64,000 nt of DNA. It comes from Dehalococcoidia bacterium (lineage in GTDB: Bacteria > Chloroflexota > Dehalococcoidia > SHYM01). Positions 39,382 through 48,667 of this stretch are shown in pieces (position 1 is the first letter of the stretch; every line of letters starts with the position of its first letter). The position numbers and the translations under genes are program-made. Where the stretch lies: NCBI GenBank assembly GCA_009692805.1, contig SHYM01000001.1, positions 2,831-66,830 on the forward strand. Reading direction: 5' to 3'. The notes below the pieces were generated by a model. It saw only the letters and a list, made by a program, of their open reading frames with translations. It was not told the origin of the DNA and did no database searches.

Positions 39382-39410
39382 TTGCCAAGCAGGCGCCGGT
39401 GGGATAAACT
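39382..39410 (+). promoter_or_regulatory. sigma70-type promoter of the VOC gene
   Basis: TTGCCA-17 nt-TAAACT. Confidence 0.6.
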
Positions 39411-39456
39411 AGCGCGAGTCGAAACGGCAGGATCCAAAAGTCGAGAGGAGAATGTC

Positions 39457-39948
39457 ATGCCCAACCCAGTAGTCCGCTTCGAGATCGGGGCCAAGGACGC
39501 CAAGAAGGCGCAGAAGTTCTACGCCGACCTCTTCGGCTGGCACGTGGACGCCAACAACCCCATGAACTACGGCGTGGTGGACACCCACGCCAAGGGAGGC
39601 ATCAACGGCGGTATCACCGCCATCCAGAAAGGCATGCCCGCGCTGATCATCTATGTGGAGGTGGACGACCTGTCCGCCTATCTCAAGAAGGCGGAGAAGT
39701 TGGGCGGCAAGACCCTCATGCCGCCGACGGTGATACCGAACATGGTGACCTTCGCCCTGTTCGCCGATCCCCAGGGCACCACCATCGGCATGATCAAGAG
39801 CGATCACCCGTCCGCTGAGGCGAAGCCGAAAGCTGCGGCGCCGGCGCGCAAGGCTGCTGCAAGCAGCCGGACTACGAAGGCTGCTGCAAGCAGCCGGACT
39901 ACGAAGGCTGCTGCAAGCAGCCGGACTACGAAGGCAGCCAAGCGCTAG
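39457..39948 (+). CDS. VOC/glyoxalase family protein with Lys/Ala-rich repetitive tail
   Basis: NPVVRFEI..KD...AQKFY..LFGW, GINGGI, YVEVDD, FADPQG; SD GAGGAG. Confidence 0.9.
   Translation: MPNPVVRFEIGAKDAKKAQKFYADLFGWHVDANNPMNYGVVDTHAKGGINGGITAIQKGMPALIIYVEVDDLSAYLKKAEKLGGKTLMPPTVIPNMVTFALFADPQGTTIGMIKSDHPSAEAKPKAAAPARKAAASSRTTKAAASSRTTKAAASSRTTKAAKR
39850..39935 (+). repeat. 27-bp tandem repeat x3 (KAAASSRTT)
   Basis: Three exact copies of aaggctgctgcaagcagccggactacg plus a partial aaggc. Confidence 0.95.
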
Positions 39949-40029
39949 CCGCCCCGGCCCGCGCCGGGCGCCTCATGCTAAACTGCGACAGGGCCACCCG
40001 CTAAGGTGGCCCTGTCGGTGTTGGGATAG

Positions 40030-43000
40030 ATGGGAAAGCTGCAAGGGCTGTTACCAGCGCTAAGTGGGGGTCCCATCCTGGGGGCTCTCAAGGCGGCGCT
40101 GGACGCCGCGGGCGACCACCCCTATCGCCGCGTCGCCGTCCTGGAGGCCGCCAAGCCCGCCTTGGTGGCGGCCCTGGCCCAGGCCACCGGGGCCCCGGTG
40201 CTGGTGGTTACCACCACCGCCCAGCGGGCGGCGCAGCTACAGGAGGAGATCGAGGCCTGGGCGCCCTCCAGCCATACTGTAACTCTGTATCCGGACCCGG
40301 CGGGCATCCCCTACGAGCGGGTCCCCTCGGCGCCGGGCGACCGCTGGCAGCGCCTGTCCGCCCTGCGCCTTCTGGCCCATTCCGAGCCTGGCCCAGCCGC
40401 CCCTATCGTGTTAGCGCCGACCCTGGCGCTCATGCAACACGTCTTGACGCCCGTAGAGTTCAAGTCCGCCGCCCACGCCATCGCGGTGGGGCAACGGGTC
40501 CGGCTGGACGCCCTGCTCCAGCGCTGGGTCGCCCTGGGGTACCGCAACGAGGCCCTGGTGGAAGAGCCTGGCGCCCTGAGCCGCCGGGGCGGCGTGGTGG
40601 ACATCTGGCCGCCGCAGGCGCCGCTGCCCGTCCGTCTGGAGCTCAACGGCGACCGGGTGGACAGCCTGCGCCAGTTCGACCCCGCCAGCCAGCGCTCGGG
40701 CGCCTCCCTGGACACGGTCGCGATCATACCCGCCCGCGAGGCCCTCTTCCCCACTGATCTTCTAGACCACCCCGAAGCGCTCCTGAGCGCCCTCGGCCTC
40801 GACTCCATACCAGCGGAGGCCCGGGCGCGCCTGGCCGAGGAGGCGCAGGCGGCCTTTTCGCTCCAGCGGCCGGACCTCACGGAGATCTACGGGGCGGTGC
40901 TGAACAAGGGCGGGCTGCTGGACTTCCTGCCCCCCCACAGCCTGCTGGTAGTCGACGAATTGGCCGAGGTGCTGGCCCTGGCCGAGGAGCTGGAAGGCCA
41001 GGCCCGAGAGCTGCGGCTGGACCAGCAGGACCGAGGGATTCTACCGCCGGGGTTCCCTGTCCCGTACTGGGGCTATAAAGCCGTCGAGGAGCGGCTGGCG
41101 GGCCATCCCCGCCGGGTGGCCCTGGAGCGCTGGGGCCAAGCGGAGGCGCTCCAGGGCGCGGAGGCCAGGGACGCCCTTGCTGGCGCCCCGGCTGCGCCCC
41201 CGGCCCACCGGGACTACTTCATGCTGCCCTGCCGGGGCGTCCCGGCCTTCGGCGGCCGCCAGGCCCCCCTGGCCGAATGGGCGCGCTCCGAGACCCGGGC
41301 CGGCGGGCGGGCGGTGATCGTGTCGCAGCAGGCCCCCCGGTTGGCGGAGCTGCTGCTCGAAGAGGACCTCTTCGCCACGCCCGTGGAAGAGCTGTCCAGC
41401 CTACCCTCGCCAGGCACCCTCACCCTGGTCCACGGTGGCCTGGCCCAGGGGTTCGGCCTCCTCGCCGCCGCTGGAGCGCCGGCGCTCTCCCTGGTCGGCG
41501 ACGCGGAGGTCTTCGGGTTCGTCAAGCAACGCCGCCGTCGTCCCCCGCGGACGGCGACGCCGCGCGTCGACCTGGGGGAGCTGGCCCCCGGCGCCTTCAT
41601 CGTCCACGCCGACCACGGCATCGCCCGCTTCGCCGGCGTCCAGACCATCGCGCGGGACGGCGCGGAGCAAGAGTACCTAGTGCTGGAGTACGCCGGGGGT
41701 GACCGCCTCTTCGTGCCGGCCGACCAGATCTCCAGGGTGACGGGCTACATAGGGCACGCTGGCCAGGAGCCAAGGCTCCATCGCCTGGGAGGCCAGGAGT
41801 GGGGCCGGGCCCGGGAGCGCGCCCAGCGGGCCGCCTCTATCCTGGCGGAGGAGCTGCTGGAGCTGTATGCCTCCCGGCAGCTACTGCAAGGCCAGGTCTG
41901 CCCCCCAGACACCGTCTGGCAGCAGGAGCTGGAGGCCTCCTTCCCTTACACAGAGACCCCCGACCAGCTCCAGGCTATAGAGGCGGTGAAGGCCGACATG
42001 GAGTCCCCGCGCCCCATGGACCGTTTGGTCTGCGGCGATGTAGGGTACGGCAAGACGGAGGTAGCGGTGCGGGCCGCCTTCAAGGCCCTCATGAGCGGCC
42101 GCCAGGTAGCGGTGCTGGTGCCCACCACGGTGCTGGCCCAGCAACACTTCCAGACCTTCAGTCAGCGGTTCGCCCCCTTCCCCATCCACGTGGACGTGCT
42201 AAGCCGCTTCCGCTCGGACAGGGAGCAGGGGCAGGTGGTGCAGGGCCTGAAGGAGGGGAGCGTCGATCTGGTCATCGGCACCCACCGGCTCCTCCAGAAA
42301 GACGTGGCCTTCAAGGACCTGGGCCTGGTCATCATCGATGAGGAGCAGCGCTTTGGCGTCGGCCACAAAGAGCGGCTCAAGCAGATGCGCCGGGAGGTGG
42401 ACGTCCTCACCCTCTCCGCCACGCCCATCCCGCGCACCCTCCACATGGCCCTGGCGGGCGTCCGTGACCTGAGCACCATGGAGACCCCCCCGGAGCACCG
42501 GCTGCCCATCCTGACCTACGTCGCCGAATACGACGAGAAGCTGGTGCGGGAAGCGGTGTTGCGGGAGCTGGAGCGCGGGGGCCAGGTCTTCTACCTCCAC
42601 AACCGGGTGCAGACCATCGCCCGGACGGCGCGGCGCCTGCAGGAGCTGGTGCCCGAGGCGCGCATCGCCATCGGCCACGGCCAGATGCACGAGGAGGCGT
42701 TGGAGCGGGTGATGTTGGAGTTCGCCCAGGGCCAGCACGACGTCCTGGTCTGCACCACCATCATCGAGAGCGGCCTGGACCTGCCCAACGTGAACACCCT
42801 CCTGGTGGAGCGGGCCGAGCAGTTCGGCCTCGCCCAGCTCTACCAGCTGCGCGGCAGGGTAGGCCGCGGCCCCCAGCGCGCCTACGCCTACTTCTGCTTC
42901 GAGCGCGACCGCAACATGACCGAGACAGCCCAGAAGAGGCTGGACGCCATCTTCCAGGCCACGGAGCTGGGGGCCGGCCTCAAGATCGCCCTCAAGGACC

Positions 43001-43623
43001 TGGAGATCCGGGGCGCTGGCAATTTGCTAGGGCCAGAACAGAGTGGCTACATCAGCGCCGTGGGTTTCGACCTTTACACCCGGCTCCTGGCCGACGCCGT
43101 GGCGCGTCTACAGGACCAGCAGGCTATGGCCCAGGGGCGTCAGCCCCAGGCACGCCCGCGCCCACCCGAGGTGACCGTCGATCTGCCTCTGGCCGCCCAT
43201 CTGCCCCAGGACTACGTGCCCGATGTGAACGTGCGCATGGAGCTCTACCGCCGGCTGGGCGCGATGACAGGCGCGGAAGAGATTACGGGCCTGGAGCAGG
43301 AGCTGCGGGACCGCTTCGGGGCCCTCCCCGAGCCCGCGCGCGCCTTGCTTGACCTGATGCGGCTCAAGCTGCGCGCCGCCCAGGCCGGCGTCGAGAGCAT
43401 CCAGTCTGGAGACCCTTACCTGACCCTCAAGCTGAAGACGACGACGGTGCCGCCGACCCTGGCGCTGGAACGCGCCTTCGGGCCAGCGGTGCAGGTGTTG
43501 CCAGGCAGGGTGCTGGTCGCCGCCCACGACGGCTGGTACCGCCGCCTGCGGCAGGTGCTGGATGCCTTAGCGGGACCAGTGGGAGCGCGCTCTCGCGCCG
43601 ACAAGGTCCCTCAGCGCGGCTAG
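40030..43623 (+). CDS. mfd: Transcription-repair coupling factor
   Basis: RGGVVDIWP, VHADHGIARF, ETPDQ, GDVGYGKT, DEEQRFG, SATPIPRTL, QLRGRVGR, DLEIRGAGNLLG. Confidence 0.97.
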   Translation: MGKLQGLLPALSGGPILGALKAALDAAGDHPYRRVAVLEAAKPALVAALAQATGAPVLVVTTTAQRAAQLQEEIEAWAPSSHTVTLYPDPAGIPYERVPSAPGDRWQRLSALRLLAHSEPGPAAPIVLAPTLALMQHVLTPVEFKSAAHAIAVGQRVRLDALLQRWVALGYRNEALVEEPGALSRRGGVVDIWPPQAPLPVRLELNGDRVDSLRQFDPASQRSGASLDTVAIIPAREALFPTDLLDHPEALLSALGLDSIPAEARARLAEEAQAAFSLQRPDLTEIYGAVLNKGGLLDFLPPHSLLVVDELAEVLALAEELEGQARELRLDQQDRGILPPGFPVPYWGYKAVEERLAGHPRRVALERWGQAEALQGAEARDALAGAPAAPPAHRDYFMLPCRGVPAFGGRQAPLAEWARSETRAGGRAVIVSQQAPRLAELLLEEDLFATPVEELSSLPSPGTLTLVHGGLAQGFGLLAAAGAPALSLVGDAEVFGFVKQRRRRPPRTATPRVDLGELAPGAFIVHADHGIARFAGVQTIARDGAEQEYLVLEYAGGDRLFVPADQISRVTGYIGHAGQEPRLHRLGGQEWGRARERAQRAASILAEELLELYASRQLLQGQVCPPDTVWQQELEASFPYTETPDQLQAIEAVKADMESPRPMDRLVCGDVGYGKTEVAVRAAFKALMSGRQVAVLVPTTVLAQQHFQTFSQRFAPFPIHVDVLSRFRSDREQGQVVQGLKEGSVDLVIGTHRLLQKDVAFKDLGLVIIDEEQRFGVGHKERLKQMRREVDVLTLSATPIPRTLHMALAGVRDLSTMETPPEHRLPILTYVAEYDEKLVREAVLRELERGGQVFYLHNRVQTIARTARRLQELVPEARIAIGHGQMHEEALERVMLEFAQGQHDVLVCTTIIESGLDLPNVNTLLVERAEQFGLAQLYQLRGRVGRGPQRAYAYFCFERDRNMTETAQKRLDAIFQATELGAGLKIALKDLEIRGAGNLLGPEQSGYISAVGFDLYTRLLADAVARLQDQQAMAQGRQPQARPRPPEVTVDLPLAAHLPQDYVPDVNVRMELYRRLGAMTGAEEITGLEQELRDRFGALPEPARALLDLMRLKLRAAQAGVESIQSGDPYLTLKLKTTTVPPTLALERAFGPAVQVLPGRVLVAAHDGWYRRLRQVLDALAGPVGARSRADKVPQRG

Positions 43624-43688
43624 CACGTTTGGGGGGAGGCCTGCGAGATGGCAGCCTCATCAGGCGGGGGAACTGGGGGTGTCCCCGG

Positions 43689-43852
43689 CTTTGCACTAAA
43701 ACTCTCGTTTTCTTCGATCTGGCTCTCCTGTGAGGATGTCCACGACCATCCCCCTGGCCCCCTCCCTAGCCAGGAAGGGGGTAGTTTGAAAGGGAGAGAA
43801 GGGGGACACCCCCTTCGACCCCCGGCAGAGGGATTATCCCTCTGCACTCCCC
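43689..43852 (+). mobile_element. MITE-like element, copy E (left end intact, abuts the prfB stop)
   Basis: gctttgcactaaaactctcgttttcttcgatctggctctcc..cgaccatccccctggcccc..gggggacacccccttcgacccccggcagaggg..ccctctgcactcc. Confidence 0.75.
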
Positions 43853-44957
43853 CTACCCCGTCGGGCCCACGGTACTCTTCAAGTAGGCCGTCATGAGGGC
43901 GTCCAGGTCGCCGTCCAGCACCGCCTGCGGGTCGCCGGTCTCATAGCCGGTGCGCAGGTCCTTCACCATCCGGTAAGGATGGAGCACGTAGCTGCGGATC
44001 TGGTTGCCCCAGCCGGATCCCACGTGGGCGCCCTTCAGGCGCAGCCGCTCCGTCTCTCGCCTCTGGATCTCCTGCTCGACGAGGCGGGCGCGCAGGATGC
44101 GCAGCGCCGTCTCCTTGTTCTGCTGGAGGGAGCGCTCGTTCTGGCAAGCGACCACCAGGCCCGAAGGGAGGTGGCGCAGCCGCACCGCGGTGGAGTTTTT
44201 CTGCACGTTCTGGCCCCCGGCGCCACTGGCCCGGAAGGTCTCTATCTCCACGTCGTCGGGCGAGATGACGACCTCCACCTCGGGCCCCGCCTCGGGCCAC
44301 ACCTCCACCAGGGCAAAGGAGGTGTGGCGGGCGTGGGCCGAATCGTAGGGGGACAAACGGACGAGGCGGTGGACCCCCCGCTCGGATTTAAGGTAGCCGT
44401 AGGCGTAGGGGCCCGCGATGGAGGCTACGGCGCTCTTGATGCCGGCCTCCTCGCCCGGGGAGCTCTCGATGACCTCCGCCTGGAATTGGCGGCGCTCCGC
44501 CCAGCGCAGGAACATCCGCAGGAGCATCTGGGCCCAGTCCTGGGCCTCCGTGCCGCCCGCGCCGGCGTGGACGGCCAGGATGGCGCCCCGGTTATCGTAC
44601 TCGCCTCCCAGGGTCAGGCGAAACTCCTGCTCGTCCAGCCGGCGCTCCAGCCGCTCCAGGCTGGTGCCTAGCTCCGCCTCCAGGGAGGAATCGCCCTCGG
44701 CGGCCGTCATCGCCGCCAGCTCGGACAGCTCGGCGGCCTGGCCTTCAAGGGAGCGCCAGAGGTTGACCTCTTCCTTCAGCGCCGCCAGGCGCTTCATGGC
44801 GGCCTGCGCCCGCTCCTGGTCACTCCAGAACTCGGGGTGTCCCGCCTCCGCCTCTAGACGGGTGGCCTCCACATCCTTGGCAGCCAGGTCAAAGACGCTC
44901 CTGGAAATGGGCGATGCGTTGCCGCAGCTCGGTCAGGCGGCCACCCAGATTTTCCAC
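43853..44957 (-). CDS. prfB: Peptide chain release factor 2, with programmed +1 frameshift at 44888-44894
   Basis: GTG 44957 opens 22 codons ending CTT-TGA-C, with AGGAG just upstream; the +1 frame joins the ORF containing [11 protein letters not shown] (SPF-type) and GGQ. Confidence 0.96.
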
Positions 44958-45091
44958 GCTTGCAACCCCTATATTGCGAAATTCGTCGCGTATATTCTAG
45001 CACAGGCCCCTGCTACAATCCTGTGGCCATTCCTGCTCTCGCGCTAGGCGTGCACGCAGTAGCAGGCCGACGGCGGCGAGGGGGGCGCCCC

Positions 45092-45760
45092 GTGCACGTC
45101 AGCCCGCTCCATTCCTGGGAACTGAGCCCTGCCATAGCCAGGGAGGTACAACGCCGCCTGGCGTCCCAGGTAGAGCGAGGGGACCGTCTGGGCCCCGTCG
45201 CCCTGGTCGACGGCACCGACATCTCCGTCCAGCGCGCCGAAAGGCGAGGGCGGGCGGCCATCGTTCTCCTCTCCTACCCAGGGCTGGAAGTGACCGAGGT
45301 AGCCTTGGCGGAGGGGCCCCTGACCTTCCCTTATATTCCCGGCTTGCTGTCCTTCCGCGAGGCGCCCCTGCTCCTGGCGGCGGCGGAGAAGCTGCAAGCC
45401 GTTCCCGACCTTCTGGTCGTGGACGGCCAAGGGCTGGCGCATCCCCGACGCTGCGGCCTCGCCTGCCATCTGGGCCTGCTCTTGGACTTGCCCACCATAG
45501 GCTGCGCCAAGTCGCGCCTCATCGGGCAGCATGCCGAGCCCGGCCCCTCTGAGGGCGACTTGGCTCCGCTGGAGGACGGGGACGAGGTCATCGGCGCCGC
45601 CGTCCGCACCAGGGAGGGAACGCGGCCGGTCTATATCTCCACGGGCCGCACGGTCCAGGCGACGGCCATCGCCTGGACCGTGCGGCTGGGCCGTGGCTAC
45701 CGCATACCGGAGCCCACGCGCCTGGCTCACCAGGCCGCCGGAGGCACGCTGCTCCGGTGA
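45092..45760 (+). CDS. nfi: Endonuclease V (deoxyinosine 3' endonuclease)
   Basis: [44 protein letters not shown] start after GAGGGG. Confidence 0.93.
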   Translation: MHVSPLHSWELSPAIAREVQRRLASQVERGDRLGPVALVDGTDISVQRAERRGRAAIVLLSYPGLEVTEVALAEGPLTFPYIPGLLSFREAPLLLAAAEKLQAVPDLLVVDGQGLAHPRRCGLACHLGLLLDLPTIGCAKSRLIGQHAEPGPSEGDLAPLEDGDEVIGAAVRTREGTRPVYISTGRTVQATAIAWTVRLGRGYRIPEPTRLAHQAAGGTLLR

Positions 45761-45835
45761 GGGCGCGCCTCTTCAGCCGAAGATGGCAACCGCCCGGATG
45801 TTTGCAGAGGCTTCAGGGGCCGCGTACACTGCCCA

Positions 45836-47197
45836 ATGGCGTCTAAAAACATCCTCCGCTCCAAAGTCGAGGCACCGCAAGGAGGCGGCCCTACGGACAG
45901 CCCTACGGACAGCCCTACGGACAGCTCAACGGCAGGCTCCCCGCCCCGCGCCCAGCCGCGGCTCTACTACGGCTGGGTCATAGTGGGGGTAATCATCCTG
46001 AGCGGCCTGGCCGCGTCGGTGCAGCTCAACCCCACCATCGGCGTCTTCGTCAAGCCCATATCCGACGAGTTTGGGTGGAGCCGCTCCACCATAGCGGGCG
46101 CGGTGACCGCGGGCACCATTTGCGGGGGCCTGATAGCCATCTTCATCGGTCCCCTGATCGACCGCTTCGGCGGCAAATGGGTGCTGTTCTTCGGGTTCCT
46201 CATCATGGGCGGCGCCCTCATCGCCCTGGGCTTTATCAGCGCTCTCTGGCAGTTCTATCTCATCTTCATCGTCAGCCGGATGCTCCTCCAGGGCGTGATA
46301 AACCTTAGCAATAACGTCATCGTCTCGAAGTGGTTTGTCCGTAAGCGCGGGCGCGCGGTGAGCATTGCCAACGTGGGGCAGCGTCTGGGCAATGGTATCA
46401 CGCCGCTGTACGCCCAGACCTTCATCACTGGCTTTGGGTGGCGGCAGGCGACCATAGCGGTGGGCCTGCTGGCGTGGAGCCTCACCCTGGGCCCCGTGCT
46501 GTTGTGGCTCCGGCGTCAGCCCGAGGACATGGGCCTCCATGCCGACGGGGAGCCGCCCGAGCAGGCGCGGAAGGAGACACCAGGGGGTAGCGTCGCCGCG
46601 CCCCATATCGAGGTCTCATTCACCCTCAAGGAGGCGGTCAGGACCAGGGGCTTTTACCTCCTCTTGGGGGCGATGTCCTTCAGCTTCCTCTCCGGGGCGG
46701 GCATCAACTTCAACATGGTGGCCCTCTTCACCGACCAGGGCCTTAGCCCTTCTCAAGCGGTGCTCATAGTCACCGCCTGGTCGTTGCTGGGCCTGCCAGC
46801 GCTGCTCATTGCCGGGGTCTTGTCCGAAAGGCTGCCGGTGCGCGGCATCCTGGTTGTCGTCTACCTGGGCGTGGTGGCGGGCATCGGGCTGCTGATCGGC
46901 GTCAAAAGCGTCCCCTCAGGGATGGCCTTCGCCCTGGTGCACGGCAGCTTTTTCGGCGCCATGCCGGTGCTGCAAAACCTGATCGTGGCCAACTATTACG
47001 GCCGCACCCACCTGGGCTCCATCCGGGGCGTGGTCACCCCCGTGAGCATGGTGTGCAACGCCGTGGGCCCGCTCATCGCGGCGTCCGCCTACGACTCCAC
47101 GGGGAGCTACACCCGCGTCTTGCTGGCCTTCATGGGGCTCATGTCTCTGGCCGCCCTGGCGATGATGCTGGCAAGTCCACCGAAGCAGCCCCGCTGA
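45836..47197 (+). CDS. MFS transporter
   Basis: About 12 hydrophobic segments, YYGWVIV, GPLIDRFGGK, KWFVRKRGRA, YDSTGSY. Confidence 0.92.
   Translation: MASKNILRSKVEAPQGGGPTDSPTDSPTDSSTAGSPPRAQPRLYYGWVIVGVIILSGLAASVQLNPTIGVFVKPISDEFGWSRSTIAGAVTAGTICGGLIAIFIGPLIDRFGGKWVLFFGFLIMGGALIALGFISALWQFYLIFIVSRMLLQGVINLSNNVIVSKWFVRKRGRAVSIANVGQRLGNGITPLYAQTFITGFGWRQATIAVGLLAWSLTLGPVLLWLRRQPEDMGLHADGEPPEQARKETPGGSVAAPHIEVSFTLKEAVRTRGFYLLLGAMSFSFLSGAGINFNMVALFTDQGLSPSQAVLIVTAWSLLGLPALLIAGVLSERLPVRGILVVVYLGVVAGIGLLIGVKSVPSGMAFALVHGSFFGAMPVLQNLIVANYYGRTHLGSIRGVVTPVSMVCNAVGPLIAASAYDSTGSYTRVLLAFMGLMSLAALAMMLASPPKQPR
45888..45925 (+). repeat. 12-bp tandem repeat x3 (PTDS)
   Basis: Three exact copies of gccctacggaca in the MFS N-terminal tail. 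Confidence 0.9.
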
Positions 47198-47244
47198 CAC
47201 CGCCGCCTGAGCGTGCCGCCCCGCGCGCACCCATTAGAAAACTC

Positions 47245-47300
47245 TTGACAGGTGCCGCTCATACGTTCTATACTATCAACTGTATAGAACGTATGAGCGG
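47245..47300 (+). promoter_or_regulatory. Promoter overlapped by a perfect 19-bp inverted repeat
   Basis: TTGACA(47245)-18 nt-TATACT(47269); arms ccgctcatacgttctatac (47255-47273) and gtatagaacgtatgagcgg (47282-47300). Confidence 0.7.
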
Positions 47301-47323
47301 GTATGCACGACGGAGGTATGGCG

Positions 47324-47626
47324 ATGGAGGACCTAGAGTTCGGACTGCTGTTGTTCCGGGTTGACCTGCTGCAAGCGCTGCGCAGCCGCGACCTGGACCG
47401 CCTGCGCGCCTGCCTGGTGCGCCAACACCCCTATGTGCAGTGCGCCCCGGGCCAGTTCCGGCGGCTCCTGAACGACGACCTCTACTTGCAGGCCGCCATA
47501 TACGAGCGCATCGTTGCCGAGCCGCTGCTAGAGGCGCTCCACCCAGAAGCGCAGGCGTGGCTTGAAGTCCACGGCTTTGAGCCCGCACCGGCGTCGCGCT
47601 CCGAGGCCGTAGGCGCTGCTGCCTAA
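47324..47626 (+). CDS. Hypothetical protein
   Basis: SD GGAGGT 6 nt before ATG 47324; has its own promoter; helical composition. Confidence 0.7.
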   Translation: MEDLEFGLLLFRVDLLQALRSRDLDRLRACLVRQHPYVQCAPGQFRRLLNDDLYLQAAIYERIVAEPLLEALHPEAQAWLEVHGFEPAPASRSEAVGAAA

Positions 47627-47631
47627 ACGGG

Positions 47632-47785
47632 GCTCATCCTTCGACAGGCTCAGGATGAGCGGGGGCGGGGCACCGCGGGATGAATCCCGCGGCATGGAAG
47701 CAGCGGCGGTAGGCTCAGGATGAGCGGGTATTGAGCGGACGCCTGAGTTCCACCGCTCATGGTGAGCTTGTCGAACCATGAGCCC
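47632..47785. repeat. Cluster of REP-like palindromic units (cttcgacaggctcaggatgagc type)
   Basis: gctcatcct-tcgacaggctc-aggatgagc hairpin, a second aggctcaggatgagcggg, an inverted gctcatggtgagcttgtcgaaccatgagc, and a ccgcggga-tgaa-tcccgcgg module. Confidence 0.7.
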
Positions 47786-47914
47786 CACATACAACTTCTT
47801 GGCACGCTCTTTAACGCGGCGAAGACACCGTGCCCGCCGTGATTCCGGACAAAGTCGGGACTCACGGTCACAACTCAGGTAGGCGTACTGCCAGACGAGC
47901 GGGGGCGTTTTCAG

Positions 47915-48667
47915 CTAGAAGCGGATCTCAATGCGGCGGAAGGCCTCCGCCAGAGGCACCCGCAGCGCCTTGCCGTTCTCGGCCAGACGCTCCTTCATCA
48001 TGCGCTCCATCTCCTCCCGCGGCCGGCGGCCGAAGCCCTGGCTTTTGTGCTGCAAAAGACTTTCGATCTTAAACTGGTAGGTCGTGCTCACATCCACGTA
48101 GAAGTTCGGGGTATCGGCACCCCAGAACAGCACCTCCCGCACCTTGTGGACTGACAGCCCTTGCGCCAGGTGCTCGGGGAAGCTGAGGCGGTCGCGGGCG
48201 TAGGGGAAACTGGCGTCGAGGGTCACCTGGCCAGACATGCGGTGGTCCCGGTGCTGCATATAACGGCGGTCGGGGTCGGTGCTGAGGGCGACCTCGGGGC
48301 GGTACTGACGGATCAGGCGCACCAACTCGCCCCGAAACTGGACGTCATCCTCCAGGCCGCCGTCGGGGTGGTCCAGAAAGACCACGTCCTGGATGCCCAG
48401 GACCTTAGCGGCGGCCAGCTGCTCCTCCCGGCGCAGGCCGGCCAGGCGCTCCGAGGTCATCTGGGGGTCCTCGGAACCCTTGTCGCCGTTGGTGCAAACG
48501 GCGAGGACCACCTGGCAGCCGTCGCGGGCCCAGCGGGCCAGGGTGGCTCCCGCCCCCACCTCGGCATCATCGGGGTGGGGGCTCACCGCCAGGGCCACGG
48601 CGGGCGTGGGCCGGCGCTCCTCCTGTCTCTGCTCGTTTTCTCGGTATTGCTGCGGTGAGCTGACCAT
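47915..48667 (-). CDS. PIG-L/LmbE family Zn-dependent deacetylase
   Basis: PHPDDAE, TNGDKGS, R..EQ..AA..LG, HRDH. Start uncertain. Confidence 0.9.
   Translation of the reverse strand: MVSSPQQYRENEQRQEERRPTPAVALAVSPHPDDAEVGAGATLARWARDGCQVVLAVCTNGDKGSEDPQMTSERLAGLRREEQLAAAKVLGIQDVVFLDHPDGGLEDDVQFRGELVRLIRQYRPEVALSTDPDRRYMQHRDHRMSGQVTLDASFPYARDRLSFPEHLAQGLSVHKVREVLFWGADTPNFYVDVSTTYQFKIESLLQHKSQGFGRRPREEMERMMKERLAENGKALRVPLAEAFRRIEIRF

Noticed and set aside
39850..39935. Possible CRISPR array (also 45888-45925)
   Set aside because: Head-to-tail repeats with no spacers, in frame inside genes, and no cas genes.
43620..43896. Short ORFs resembling the 5' extension of ORF 47915-48772 (PSAGGRRGCPPSLPF...)
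   Set aside because: The similarity is translation of MITE copies E and F, not a protein family.
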